64,000 nucleotides of DNA from Perna viridis (taxonomy: Eukaryota), in contig CM074514.1 of assembly GCA_037379345.1 (NCBI GenBank), forward strand, positions 14,136,001-14,200,000, given 5' to 3'. Positions 1-12,914 of this stretch are shown here, piece by piece (position 1 is the first letter of the stretch; the number at the start of each line of letters is the position of its first letter). The translations under genes were made by a program, and so were the position numbers. A model generated the notes under the pieces. The model was not told where the DNA came from, made no database searches, and was given only the letters and a program-made list of their open reading frames with translations.

Positions 1-1093
1 AAAATTTTCAATTTTTGGGTTTTTTCGGGTAGGGTATATTTACATCCAGAAAACTATGTCCACACCCAAGAAACAACTTTATATCTTTACATATGATAAA
101 CCATTTAAAATGAATGTATTCACTGAAAATGAAGTTGTTCCTTGCACAAATATGACCAGAAAGTGACCAAAAAGTACAAATTTTACAGAATATCTGAATA
201 TTTGTAAACTTCTAAAATTTGTCTGTCCTTTCAATGCAAGAATTGTTAGTCTTTATGTCTCATATATGATGTATTCAAGTCTTCCAAATTCATAATTAAA
301 TCATTGAACTGATTAATTTTCAGTTGAATTTAAGGCCAAGACCCTTTATCACCCCTTCTGTATTAATTTTTTATGGAATTAAATTCAAATATTAAGAATC
401 AATTTGCTATTTTGTTTGGGATTATTTGAATCATACAGTGTGTACTGATTGTTCTTTATGAATTAACAACACTGAAGCTAGTTATACAAAATAAATAGGA
501 AACGACTAATCAGAAAACTTCTTACATATCAAATTAAATTATTTAAGGAATGTAACTAATATCTGAATATATTATCTTGTATAAAGAACTTTGGTTTCGA
601 TTTACGCAGATTAAACAGCAAAGCAGTTCATAGTTTTTTTCAGCGTAAATGACACAGAAGTTCTTTATACAATATAATATACTAGTTTCATTCTTTATAA
701 TTTTATATTTTGGCAAAAACTATAAATAATTTACATTAGTTTATTCCAATACACACGCCTTTTTTCAGACAGGATAATTTCATTGGTGAAAGTGTCTGGT
801 GAAAAGAAGCATGGTTAAAAGTTCATGACCTTGTTTATTGATCAAGTGATAGGAACATTTTGTATCCAAGATAAAATAAAAAGGATGGCATCTTTTCTAA
901 CAGTAAAAATGTTCATATTAAATTATTCAGTAATACATGCACCAGTTACATGCTTCAGTTAAAAATGATCATTATCCCAATAACCTTTTGAGTAAAAATA
1001 AAACAAAAAAAAAACCTGCAATATATTTACAGGGAATGCATTCTTTACACAATAATATATTTCTATTGATATTGAAACTCTTCTTTTTGTTAG

Positions 1094-4000
1094 ATCTCTA
1101 GAAAGTAGACTGGTACCTATGAAAGATCCAAGTGTGGTTGTCCTTATCACCAACTCAAATGTTAAACATGAATTGACAGGATCAGAATATCCTACAAGGA
1201 GACGGCAGTGTGAAATGTCAGCCAAGTTAATGGGAAAGAAAAGCCTTCGGGATGCATCTGAGAAAGATTTAGAAGGTATTGTGTATTAGCATTGAACCGC
1301 CTTGGTGGTCTTAGGGTAGCATGCTGTTGGGATTGATCCCTGGTCGTGTCAAAACCAAAGACTTTAAAATTGGTAGTTACTGCTTCTCCACCAAATACAC
1401 TGTTTTAAGAGGACAGAGTGACAACTGGTTGGCTTGGAGTCAGAATAATGAGTAGGATGATGTGCCCACCTGCGGGCTATTGCTTCTGTGAGCTAGCACA
1501 ATAAAGATCTGGCTGAGGGCGTTGGGACTAGTACAAAGCAGTTCTCATCCTGTAATACGATGCTTAACCATAATCAATCAATTATTAAATTGGTGTATTA
1601 GCATTGTATAGATGTAACAATGTCACTCCATCCTGGTCAAATATGTATCACAATTCTTGGCTGATTCACATTGTGATTTTATTAAATAGGGCACATTTGT
1701 GTTATTTTAAACTTCAAAAAATTACATAAAAAAAGAAACATATCCCTTACTATCTAGCTGTTTACTTCCTTTTTAGCTAATTGAGGAATCTGAAAAAAAA
1801 AATGTTCCAGTATAGATTTCCTGATTGTTACTGAAAATATCATGATGCACGGATGGTGGATTGTTACCCCTATAGCATTACATTTTCAATTACAGAGATT
1901 GTTCTCATTGTATTTTGTTTGTTTTTGGTTTGAATTTTTTTTCTTAAAGGGAAGAAGTAGCAATACTGAAGATAGAAATGAGGGAAACTTCTTAGACTAA
2001 ACAATGCTTAAAAGATATGACAATTGATGGAGACCAAATTGCACAAGACAAAGAAACTGGAAAACTAATAGCATGAATTGCAGTGAAGATGGAATTTAAT
2101 TTGAAAATTTGAAATTTGAATTTAAAAATATAATTCCCCATTGCGACTCAGTTTGATAGCATGTGAATTAAATAACATATGGTTGATTAAACTCGTACAT
2201 GGTAATTACTTGTAGCTCATACATGATAATTACTTGTAGATAACAAGGACAAGTTAGATGAGGAGACATATAGAAGAGTTCGCCATGTGATTGGTGAAAT
2301 AGCTCGGACTGAAGAAGCAGCTAATGCCTTAGAAAATGGTGACTACAAAAGATTTGGACAGCTTATGGTTGCTAGCCACAATGCATTAAGGTACTGGTGT
2401 AAAAATTTGAGGGACAAATATAGTAGTATCAAGTCTAATTAAACCATGCAAAGTGAGAAATGAAGTCACCCAAATATTTTGTGGGCAAAATTTTAGTTGC
2501 CATTCACAAAACAATGATTTTGTCTGATGTTGCCTTCTCAATCATTTTCTGTGTACAGGCTCTTTCATATAATTAATATGCATGTCCAGATAATGTATCA
2601 AACAGGAAGAGTATATGGAAACTAGTATGTCAGTTGTTTGTTAAACAATTGAAAGGTCTTTCCCTTGAAAACTATTTCTTTGAATTATTCATGTAAAGAC
2701 ATTTGGTTTGATACATAACACGCTACCTTCTACAAAAGTTTGTTATTTTTTGCAGTTTGGTATCCTAGTCAAATGCAATTCTCAATGTTTTAAACATTAT
2801 TCTTGTGATGTAAACTTGATGACCTTTCATTAGGTATACAACAACCCTACTTTCGTTGTTCTTTAGAATTTTGCACTTATTAACCCCAACTGGGTTCTTT
2901 TTCTGTTTAAAAAAAAATATTTGAGATGTACACATTATTAATTTGATATGTGACAATCTAATTATATGAAAAACTTTAGTTTTGCACTCATTGACCTTAT
3001 GCGACTCATTTTTTCGGGACAAACCATCGATATTTCGGATGTACGCTTTCAGACCTTTCATTTGATATACAACAACATTACCTTCTAAGAACTTTAATTT
3101 TTTACATTTAATGACCCTACTCTTCGAACATGTATTAATTATCAAGGTTGAAACTCTGATTTTTGAAATGTACTTATTTAGACCTTCAAAATGGATTTTA
3201 AAATATATACCCTTGCTCTGAAAAATTAAAATTTCAATAGATCCAAAACGAGACAAGATATCTCAAATCTGAAAAGAGTATGATAACCTACAGAACATAT
3301 GCAACAAAATTACAAAACAATTTGGGCAATTGCAGAGCTCATTTTGAGCACACTGATTATTAAAATGTGATGCAATAATAATCTCCAGAGCAGAAAGTCA
3401 TAGAGACATGAAACTACCACCATACATCTTAGGATTACTTGACCTTGATGAAACAAACAAGGTCAACATCATACAATTATGTCAAGGTCACAAACTGGAT
3501 TCTGGAAAACATTAAAATTCTCATAACTTTTGAACAAACGGTCTGACAGGTGTAAACTTGGTCTCAAAATGAATGGCTTATCAAGAAGGTCATTTCATGT
3601 GCTGTATGTATGCACTTACCACTTATCGTTTTCTTATATTAAGGCCTGTAGTTTGCAGTGAGAAGGCTTTCTAGCACTCTATGACCTTTGACCTTGGATG
3701 CAAATGAAAGGTCACATGGACTAAAGATCATCGATGAAGGTCCCATGTTTCTACAACTTCTGGTTCTCGAAATATAAATATTAAATCTTAAGTATGATAT
3801 TTCAAGGGATATAACTCCTGTATGGTTTGATAATAAAATACATGTTCATGTTTATTCATTAGGTCTTCTTCTTGTGTACATGAAACAGTTTTTAGATTGA
3901 TTTTATCTATTATGGTTTTCAAGATATGAGCAATTAAAAGGAATTGTTTTAAGGGGGACATAACTCTTAAAGATGATAATGAAATCCTTAGCAGGGTTAT

Positions 4001-7000
4001 TTTCTAATAGAACATGATCACATCTACATGTTCACCAAGTATGATAATAATATCCTGAAAAATGAGTTGGGGGGCCATGTTGATAAGACCCTAAAAAGTG
4101 GGAGATAACTTCTACAATGGATGATGAAATTCTTCAAGGGGTTATCCTGTAAAAGTCATAAATGAGATCTATCGATGGTCCAAATTTGGTAATGATATGT
4201 TGAAAGATGACGAAACAGGGCCGTGTCAAAGTAAATGTTGGAAGGAAAAAAACTAGCACTCTGTGACCTTTGACCTTGGGTGCAAATGAGCTTTATCGAT
4301 GGTCCAAATTTGGTAATGATATCTTGAAAGATGATTAGGGGAGAGCATGTCAAAGAAAATTTTGCAAATGACGAAAGAATAATAATAATAAAAAAAAAAC
4401 ACATTAGAAAAACAATAAGGTCTTTCCCCATGTAGGGAAAGCCCTTAACAAGAAAGAAAACCATTAATGCAGCATGAAAATTTGCTACATATACCTTCTA
4501 TTGAGAAGAGGATGAAGATTATAGTATATGTCAGATATTTCATGCATTTCAAATCTTGTATATTAAGAATATTTACTATTCTAGAAACAGATATATTATA
4601 ATTACATATAAGGAATTATACATACACAACTACATGTATGTCTGAGAGTTGCATTGCATTACTTGATTGAGAAAATCCGCTTCTCATTCACTTCTCTCTT
4701 CTATTATGTCTCTTCTCTTTACTTTGAAATTTGAAGTGATACAGATTCAAGTTGCTTTATCTCACTCCAGAGTAGAAAAAAAGAGAGAGCTAGATTCTTA
4801 GAAGTTTCTTTTTTATATAACATAAAATGTACTTTGAAATACTTTGTAAGTGTAAGAACAAATAATGAAAAACTTTGAAAAAGGAATTCCTTTATATGTT
4901 AATGAAATGCTCAGAGTACACTTTAATGGCAGAACCAAGGGGCTCGTTGTTGCAACCCAACTTTTTAATGCAAAAGTTAACAAAATAAAAGTATGGAATT
5001 TCAAAAACTCTGGATCTATCCCTGCACTTAATAGTGAAAAAAGAATAAGGTTTTAAATTAAATGTTTCACAGAGATGATTATGAGGTATCCTGTCCTGAG
5101 TTAGACCAGTTGGTAGAAGCAGCACTGGAGGTTGATGGCGTGTTTGGTTCTAGGATGACAGGGGGTGGCTTTGGTGGATGTACTGTTACATTGGTGAAAC
5201 AGTCAGCTGTTAACAGTGCTATTGACCATATAAAGGTATGTATTATTGTATTGGCTGCCTAGCTGTTAACAGTGCTATCGACCAGATAAAGGTATGTATT
5301 ATGATATTGGCTTTTAACAGTGCTATTGACCATATATAAAGGTATGTATTATGGTATGGCTGCCTGGCTGTTAACAGTGCTATAGACCATATAAAGGTAT
5401 GTATTATGGTATTGGCTGCCTAGCTGTTAACAGTGCTATCAACCATATAAAGGTATGTATTATGGTATTGGCTGCCTGGCTGTTATCAGTGCTATCGACC
5501 ATATAAAGGTATGTATTATGGTATTGGCTGCCTAACTGTTAACAGTGCTATTGACCATATAAAGGTATGTATTATGGTATTGGCTGCCAGTGAAACAGTC
5601 ATCTGTTAACATGCTATTGACCATGTAAAGGTATGTATTATAGTATTGGCTGCCTGGCTGTTAACAGTGCTGTAGACCATATAAAGGTATGTATTTTGGT
5701 ATTGGCTGCATAGCTGTTAACAGTGCTATTGACCATATAAAGGTATGTATTATGGTATTGGCTGCCTAGCTGTTAACAGTGCTATCAACCATATAAAGGT
5801 ATGTATTATGGTATTGGCTGCCTGGCTGTTATCAGTGCTATCGACCATATAAAGGTATGTATTATGGTATTGGCTGCCTAACTGTTAACAGTGCTATTGA
5901 CCATATAAAGGTATGTATTATGGTATTGGCTGCCAGTGAAACAGTCATCTGTTAACATGCTATTGACCATGTAAAGGTATGTATTATAGTATTGGCTGCC
6001 TGGCTGTTAACAGTGCTGTAGACCATATAAAGGTATGTATTTTGGTATTGGCTGCATAGCTGTTAACAGTGCTATTGACCATATAAAGGTATGTATTATG
6101 GTATTGGCTGCCTGGCTGTTAACAGTGCTATTGACCATATAAAGGTATGTAGTATAGTATTGGCTGCCTAGCTGTTAACAGTGCTATTGACCATAGAAAG
6201 GTATGTAGTATAGTATTGGCTGCCTAGCTGTTAACAGTGCTATTGACCATATAAAGGTATGTATTATGGTATTGGCTGCCAGTGAAACAGTCAGCTGTTA
6301 ACAGTGCTATTGACCATATAGAGGTATGTATTATGGTATTGGCTGCATAGTGATACCAGTATTATTGACCATATAAAGGTATGTATTATGGTATTGGCTG
6401 CCTAGCTGTTAACAGTGCTATCGACCAGATAAAGGTATGTATTATGATATTGGCTTTTAACAGTGCTATTGACCATATATAAAGGTATGTATTATGGTAT
6501 GGCTGCCTGGCTGTTAACAGTGCTATAGACCATATAAAGGTATGTATTATGGTATTGGCTGCCTAGCTGTTAACAGTGCTATCAACCATATAAAGGTATG
6601 TATTATGGTATTGGCTGCCGGGCTGTTAACAGTGCTATAGACCATATAAAGGTATGTATTATGGTATTGGCTGCATAGCTGTTAACATTGCTATTCATCA
6701 TATAAGGTATGTATTATGGTATTGGCTGCCTGTAGTTAGTTATATCTAAAAATTGAAGATAAATCTGAGTCTCTAACAGAGTCTTATGTAATGCTGGTAA
6801 TTGCAGTTATTTTTGCAGTGTATTTATTCACAATCTGTGATTAGTTATGAAGTTTAAGTGCCTGCCAATATGCATATGTTAACTATCAACATCAGAGAAA
6901 TGCTTGAGAACTTGACAATTATTATACTTAGTGAAACAGTCAGTTAACAGTTTTATTTCACTATTTCTACCATCCAATATTAAGTGAAAGAAATATCCTA

Positions 7001-7526
7001 TTGCACATTATATCATCTATATAATTACTTAACCATATAAAAATTAAATTTAAAAACTATATTTAAAAAAAAACATGTTAGGAAAGGCTTATGAGACCCA
7101 AACTTTTCAATACAATAACTGGACATTTGAGGCTTCAGTATAAAACAATAGATGTTAACATTGTTTACATTTTATGTACAGGTAAACAAATGTATTGGTA
7201 TTCACTATGATAAAAAAAAAATTGTAGGGTAATAGACACTTGATATCAGAGTGATATTTTGTTTACTTATGATGAATCTGATCAACAACCAAACAATTTC
7301 AGGAACATTTTTTTATAAGAAATGAAAAGTTTCCAGCAAAAATCAGATTTCAACCTCAAATTTTAACAATTATCTCCCTTATTTCATATTTCCTCCTTTT
7401 CTTTGTTTACAAGTATATAACAGAAAACTTTCATTGTTCTTGTTTTCTTTTTAGCAAAGGTATAGTGGAAGAGCAACCTTTTATGTTTGTCCACCATCCT
7501 GTGGTGCAATGGCAGTTCCTGTTTGA
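1094..7526 (+). CDS. GALK1: Galactokinase 1, copy A (5'-partial; last four coding exons)
   Basis: Exons 1094-1275, 2240-2390, 5073-5235, 7455-7526 (182/151/163/72 nt), all GT-AG and in phase. They translate to [40 protein letters not shown]...[10 protein letters not shown]...[20 protein letters not shown]...[12 protein letters not shown]...[17 protein letters not shown]. This includes GHMP motif III, and exon sizes match human GALK1 exons 5-8 as I recall them. Upstream exons lie before the window. Confidence 0.95.
1295..1592 (+). mobile_element. tRNA-headed SINE (Meta/MESC-domain-like) with 14-bp target-site duplication
   Basis: Degenerate A/B boxes (TGGTCTTAGGG, GATTGATCCC), central AAAGACTTTAAAATTGGTAGTTACTGCTTCTCC block and AATC-repeat tail. 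Flanked by GTGTATTAGCATTG at 1281-1294 and 1593-1606. Domain name is from recall. Confidence 0.8.
3250..4447 (+). mobile_element. Non-autonomous Helitron/Helentron-like remnant (left boundary uncertain)
   Basis: Repeated TGACCTTTGACCTTG and GGGAGATAACT-type motifs, an internal duplication, and a 3' hairpin AAGGTCTTTCCC-catgta-GGGAAAGCCCTT at 4417-4446. Confidence 0.5.
5206..6731 (+). repeat. 56-bp minisatellite (~27 copies) made of the GALK1-A exon-7 end plus its 5' splice site
   Basis: Unit GCTGTTAACAGTGCTATTGACCATATAAAG|GTATGTATTATGGTATTGGCTGCCTA. The first copy is the real exon/intron boundary at 5235/5236. Confidence 0.95.
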
Positions 7527-7976
7527 AGATTAGAAAATTTAGCCATTGCTACCTAATTCATAGCATATTATTATTTATTTGAATCTCATTTGGGGAATTC
7601 ATAGATACTTAGGCACTCTTTAACTTGGGGTAAAATGTGATAATGGGAATGATATTTTTTCTGCTGTATTTTGTTAAGGAATCTCATTGTGGATATTGTA
7701 TGTTTTATGTGTGTTTAGGAGTACAATGTACTGTAAATTTGGAAATTATTGAGATGTTTTACTGTTGTGAAAATGTGGATGGATCAAAGTGGAAATTATT
7801 TCTATGGCATCCTGGAAGTTAAGGTAAAAATGACAATCAAAATGGTGAACAACACATTAATTTCTGAATCTCTATGATTAGGGTTGATGCTAGATATTTT
7901 TATTGTTGAACATTTTATTTTGAAATTTAACTGTATGCTATTTTTACAAGTCAAACTATTACATAAGATCTTTTAA

Positions 7977-8166
7977 TATGAGTTGTTCATTATGCTGAAA
8001 AGGTCAGTTCTGTGTATGAGTTGTTCAGTAAGCTGAAAAGGTCAATTCTATGTATGAGTTGTTCGGTATGCTGAAAAGTTCAATTCTATGTATGAGTTGT
8101 TCGGTATGCTGAAAAGGTCAATTCTATGTATGAGTTGTTCAGTATGCTGAAAACGTCAATTCTATG
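7977..8166 (+). repeat. 38-bp tandem repeat x5 in the GALK1-A 3' UTR
   Basis: TATGAGTTGTTCAGTATGCTGAAAAGGTCAATTCTATG repeated five times. Confidence 0.9.
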
Positions 8167-8167
8167 C

Positions 8168-8173
8168 AATAAA
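8168..8173 (+). terminator. Candidate polyadenylation signal of GALK1-A
   Basis: First AATAAA I found after the stop codon, followed by GT/T-rich sequence. Confidence 0.5.
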
Positions 8174-11100
8174 TGTTGATTCATTAACATAGAAATTGTT
8201 ATTGCATGTGATTTAAAAAAAAAATACAATTTTTGTAGTAATCATTATCTGTATCAGAAATTGTGTTAAGACAACTAATGTTGCAGGATTATTGTTGTAA
8301 ATTGTTATCTCTTAATACCTATGTAATATTGCTGTCATTGTTCACTCTAAATTGATCAATAGATCTTTTGGTAGAGAAAGAGTTTAGAAAGAATATTAAA
8401 AATTTTAATACATTTTCTTGCCCTTTTTTTTCTTATCAATAAGATTAGATTAATAATATAATAAAATACTCACTCTGAAGTTCTAATGTGCAAGAAAATT
8501 TTTGCAAATGTACTTATTCAAAGTTAAAATTTTAACTGTTAAGAGGCTATCCATGTAATAATCAGAAACATCCTAAGATATTAATGGGAAATTTTATCCA
8601 GTGGATTTTTTGGTTCCAATATATTGTTTATATCATATATATATGTCCAATAGAACAATTTTTTTTTTAAATCGACATTGGATGGCTCAGAAATCGATTT
8701 TACAGTTCTGAAGAAAGCAACCAAATTTTGCACAAAATAAAAGAGTTATCTCCCTTTTTCAATGGATTATGCTTTCTATCTAATATATTTCTCTTTAACT
8801 GATGTAATTAATCAAAAACCAACATTCAACTTTGAGAAAGGAGGCATTTGTGATATGAAATAGATGAAAAAAATTTTGAAAACAAAATTTGTCAAGTGCC
8901 ACCCACTACCTGGTTTTTCTTTGGATTCCCTCTTTAAGCCGTAATTGTTAACAGATAGCAAACAAAATACTATTACTCACCCTTTGCACTTAAATTTTTC
9001 ATTGGCAAGAATTAGAAGACTGAGAAGAATGCAACACGGCTTCAACATATTCATTCAAACCTTGTTTTTGATTAGCAGTAAAGTTGATAGTTCCATGTTT
9101 AATTTGCCTGATTTAAAATGTTTTGATTTTCTAAATTTATTTTGACTTAATAAGGATCTGCTATCTTAAAAGAACTAGAAATCAAATTAGAGTGTCAGTA
9201 GTTATTTACAATATGAATCTCATTCCTACAATTGCATTGTTTTATATATTTTTAAGCAGAGAACTGAAGGCCACTTGTTTAAATAATGTGATTGGCAGCT
9301 CATATAAAGTTACTTGTTGAATTAAATTTATAGATCTGGGTTTTATTTATGTGTGATTATTTTTTTTTTGTGCCTTGTGATGCTTATGTAAAGGGTCAAT
9401 AACCTGGATACAATGTATATTTTATCTGCAAAACATCAAGACATTTATTGAACAGAACCAACTTCTTTCCCAGTGTTACATCCAGGGTTCTACCCCCAGA
9501 AGCCCATCCTTCAATTTTGTTGGAAATTTTGATTTATTTTGCAAGAAATTGGACAAAGATAAGCAAATGATGGCCTTGTATCTCCCCTTTAATTAATTAT
9601 AGATCTGTCACTGTTTCCCAGTGAAATACAGTGGGTCTGTAGTTTCCAGTTTCCTTCTGTCCATCTGTTTGTTTGTCACAGTGATTTTCCAATCATTTTA
9701 ATATTCTTTTATGATATTGACTTTATATTTGGTGTATAGCTTAATCTAGATGAGTTACAATATTAATTTGAACTTTTTATTTGGCTGAGTTGTGGTCATT
9801 GAACTTGTATATTTGATCAAATTTTCAGTTGTAAGGACATTTTTTGGATATATAAAGACATTACCTTAATAACGGGTATGTTCATTTGTAGCTATATTTT
9901 AGTTTTAAAAAAATGTACAGTTTTAGTTGGAATTTTGTTCAAACCAAATTAATTTTTGCTGAGTTGTGGCCCTTGCTCTTAAATATTTTGATAAAAAATT
10001 TCCATAATTTGTTGGAAATTTGTTAAGATATGGACTTGTTCTTTTGTACATATTTATATCTAGATGTTTTACAGTTTAAGGTCAAATTTATTGTGGTCGA
10101 ATGATTTTTTTCACTGAGTTATGCCCCTTGAACTTGTATTTTTTTTGTCACAGTTATAAAGTCTTTTGTTTTCATTTTGTAATTGGTTGGGGTCTGTGTA
10201 TTGCTATTTACAATTTTCAGAAAATCTTGTATTAAGTATCCCGATTCTCAATGTAGGTAAAAAAAGTTACATGAATGAACCACATGACAGTTCTTAGATT
10301 TAAAAAAAGAATGCTTTTTATATGACTGCAAAAAAATTGTGGTCGTATAATGTTATGGCATAGCTGTTGGTGTTCTCGTCTGGAGACACTTTGTTTCCAT
10401 GCGATAACTTTAGTTTTGATTGATCAATTGTTCTGAAATTCTGATATGATTTTACTATCCAATAAAGGAAGGTTCCTTTATAATTTGGACTTTGTAGCCC
10501 ATACTGTTTTAGAAAAAGGGTGAAATTAGGTGTTATACAATGTATTAAAACTCATGTAGAATGTTTGTTTGTTTGGTTTTTTTTTTTTTTCGAATTAATT
10601 ATTCCTTTTTTATTGTGTTGAGGGGTCTAAGGGCCGTCACCTAAAAAAAAAAATTGAATTTTATTTTTGGTCGGATTTCGAAATTTTTTTATTATTGGAT
10701 TCCTAAAAAAATCCCTGCCTGTATTTTGCATACAGATTTCATTCAGAGATATTTCATGGAGGATAAAAATGATAGAATAGGCTACATAGAATTATTTGTC
10801 TCAGTTGGCAAAATTCCTTAATTCTTTTCATTTGTCCTAATAGTACTGTTTATTCTTTGGACCATTTTCATACTTTCTGTTTATCTTGATTTTCATTTAG
10901 TGTTTCTTCTTTTTTGAAATGAATACAAAAATAGATAAGGGTACAATGCATATTCAAAATATTTTTTTTAAACCAAAAATGTTATCTGACCCATGTTTTT
11001 TGGGGGATATGAGGCTCAGAAACAAACAAACAAATGATTGTTTGTGGCATTATATGTTTCGGCATGATTTCATAAACATATACTTAAAAGACAGAAAAAA

Positions 11101-12914
11101 ACATGCAGTATAAACAGTAATAAAGTCATGTCTGAATTACATCATAAAATGTATCTTCATGGAATATTACTTGTGTATTTAATTGAATGATATGTTTAAA
11201 GCACATACATTAATAGACTTGGCACCTCTTCCATTTTCATTGAAGTGAGTGGGATACACACAGTGATTACCCCCTTCAAAATCAAAAATAAAATGTGAAA
11301 AGCCATTATATGACTTATAATGAATTTTCTGTTTGTTAAGAGCAATAAAAACTGAACAGGATTATCCTGCCTATAATGAGATATAAGAACAATTTTTGAA
11401 GTGCTGTTGAAGCATTTCGTAACTTGATTACAGTATTGTTTCCATTTACATTATTGATATCAATTCTACAGAAGGGAGTTACACTGACTGAAGTGTCTTC
11501 ATTCCTACTTTTTAATTTAAATTGAGTAATTTTGTTGCATGCATTTAAAAAAACTATAAATTATTCATCAAGCAGAAACTTTTGACAGCAGAAAGCCAGA
11601 AGCATTAACAATACCCTGCAGAGAGGAGATGATTTTCTGAATTCAGATTCTATTTTTGTTTGTGGCGAAATAAGGATTTTTTTCTACAGATTTCACTTTG
11701 AAATCCAGAAACTTAAACTGATTTTAATATTGAGTTTACTTTTCAGAATCCTGGGGAAATGGCCAATGACTCCTACTCCCTCCCCAAACCGTAGGCTAAC
11801 AGGCATAACAGATAAAAAAAAATATATCAGTGGTGAATCCAAGGGTGGGGGCATATTTTGGAAAGTTTTAATTGGTTCAAAATTTTGGCAATAATGAGCT
11901 TATAATTACCTAGAACACCCCCTTTTCTTTAACCTCTGGACCCAACCATGGTACTTTATACCTGCTTTGTAAATTAAAGGGTAAAAAACTTCAACATAGA
12001 CTAATGCTTATTTGACAGTACCTGTTACTTCAATATAAACACTTCATCCACCATCTTAGAAAAGACTCAAGACATAGAAGGAAATAGGCAATATAATTTA
12101 AGTTTGAAATGGCATTAGTCACGCCTCGCGTCAATTCTGATACAAATGTACTGTCTTATTCTAAATAGCCATAAGCAGCGTATTTGCACATTATTAATAA
12201 CATCATTGTTTCACGTTTACTGCATTTTAACAACTACATTTTATTGAAATTGTTATATAAAGGATCTTGTCAAATAATTGTAAGTATTGCTTGAAATACA
12301 AGCTTTTAAATGTGAAGATAATACTAGTTTAATATTCTCAAGTAAAATTAAAGCAGTTTCTGCCAGATTTTTTTTTCACTTACATTAAAGTTCATTCAGT
12401 TTATTGAAGAAGATGTTTATTATGATTCATTGTGGCTTCTGTGTGATTTGTCCCGTATCATAGTAATGCCATTCAAGTAGCTTCCTGCCGAACAGGAAAA
12501 CTTGTCAACATTATAGTCATATTGTCCATAGTGAGAAGATGATATGAGACAAGGGTATAGCTTTATGATCGGGACCAGATATGTGTATTGCCTTATGACT
12601 AAACAGACCTACTTTACAGCTGTCTATTTTGTAAATCCACTATCAATTTTCGATCAAACAGATATTCCCTGTGCAAAGTCCACAATATCAAGCGTTTACT
12701 TAAACATTAACATACTCACCAAACATATTTTTGAATGTATATCCTCAATTCAGACGAGTTTTATAACTATACGGAAGTCTTAAACATGAAATTCTATCTT
12801 GTCGGCACAGTATACCTTTTTACATGTATCCTGATATCCCTCGACTTGACCTCCACTGTGTGACCCCTATTAGATAAAGAGAAATATCTTACAAATTTGA
12901 ATATATATAATGTA

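Noticed and set aside
2765-3256. 163-aa minus-strand ORF and other 60-175-aa ORFs in the track (e.g. 17522-18049, 45389-45844, 56267-56635, 38646-39288)
   Set aside because: They have non-ATG starts or lie within repeats and transposons, and show low-complexity composition with no recognisable domain.
5206-6731. CRISPR-like array (also considered for 38277-39183 and 47587-48830)
   Set aside because: There are no unique spacers and no cas genes, the context is a eukaryotic intron, and the units are contiguous tandem copies.
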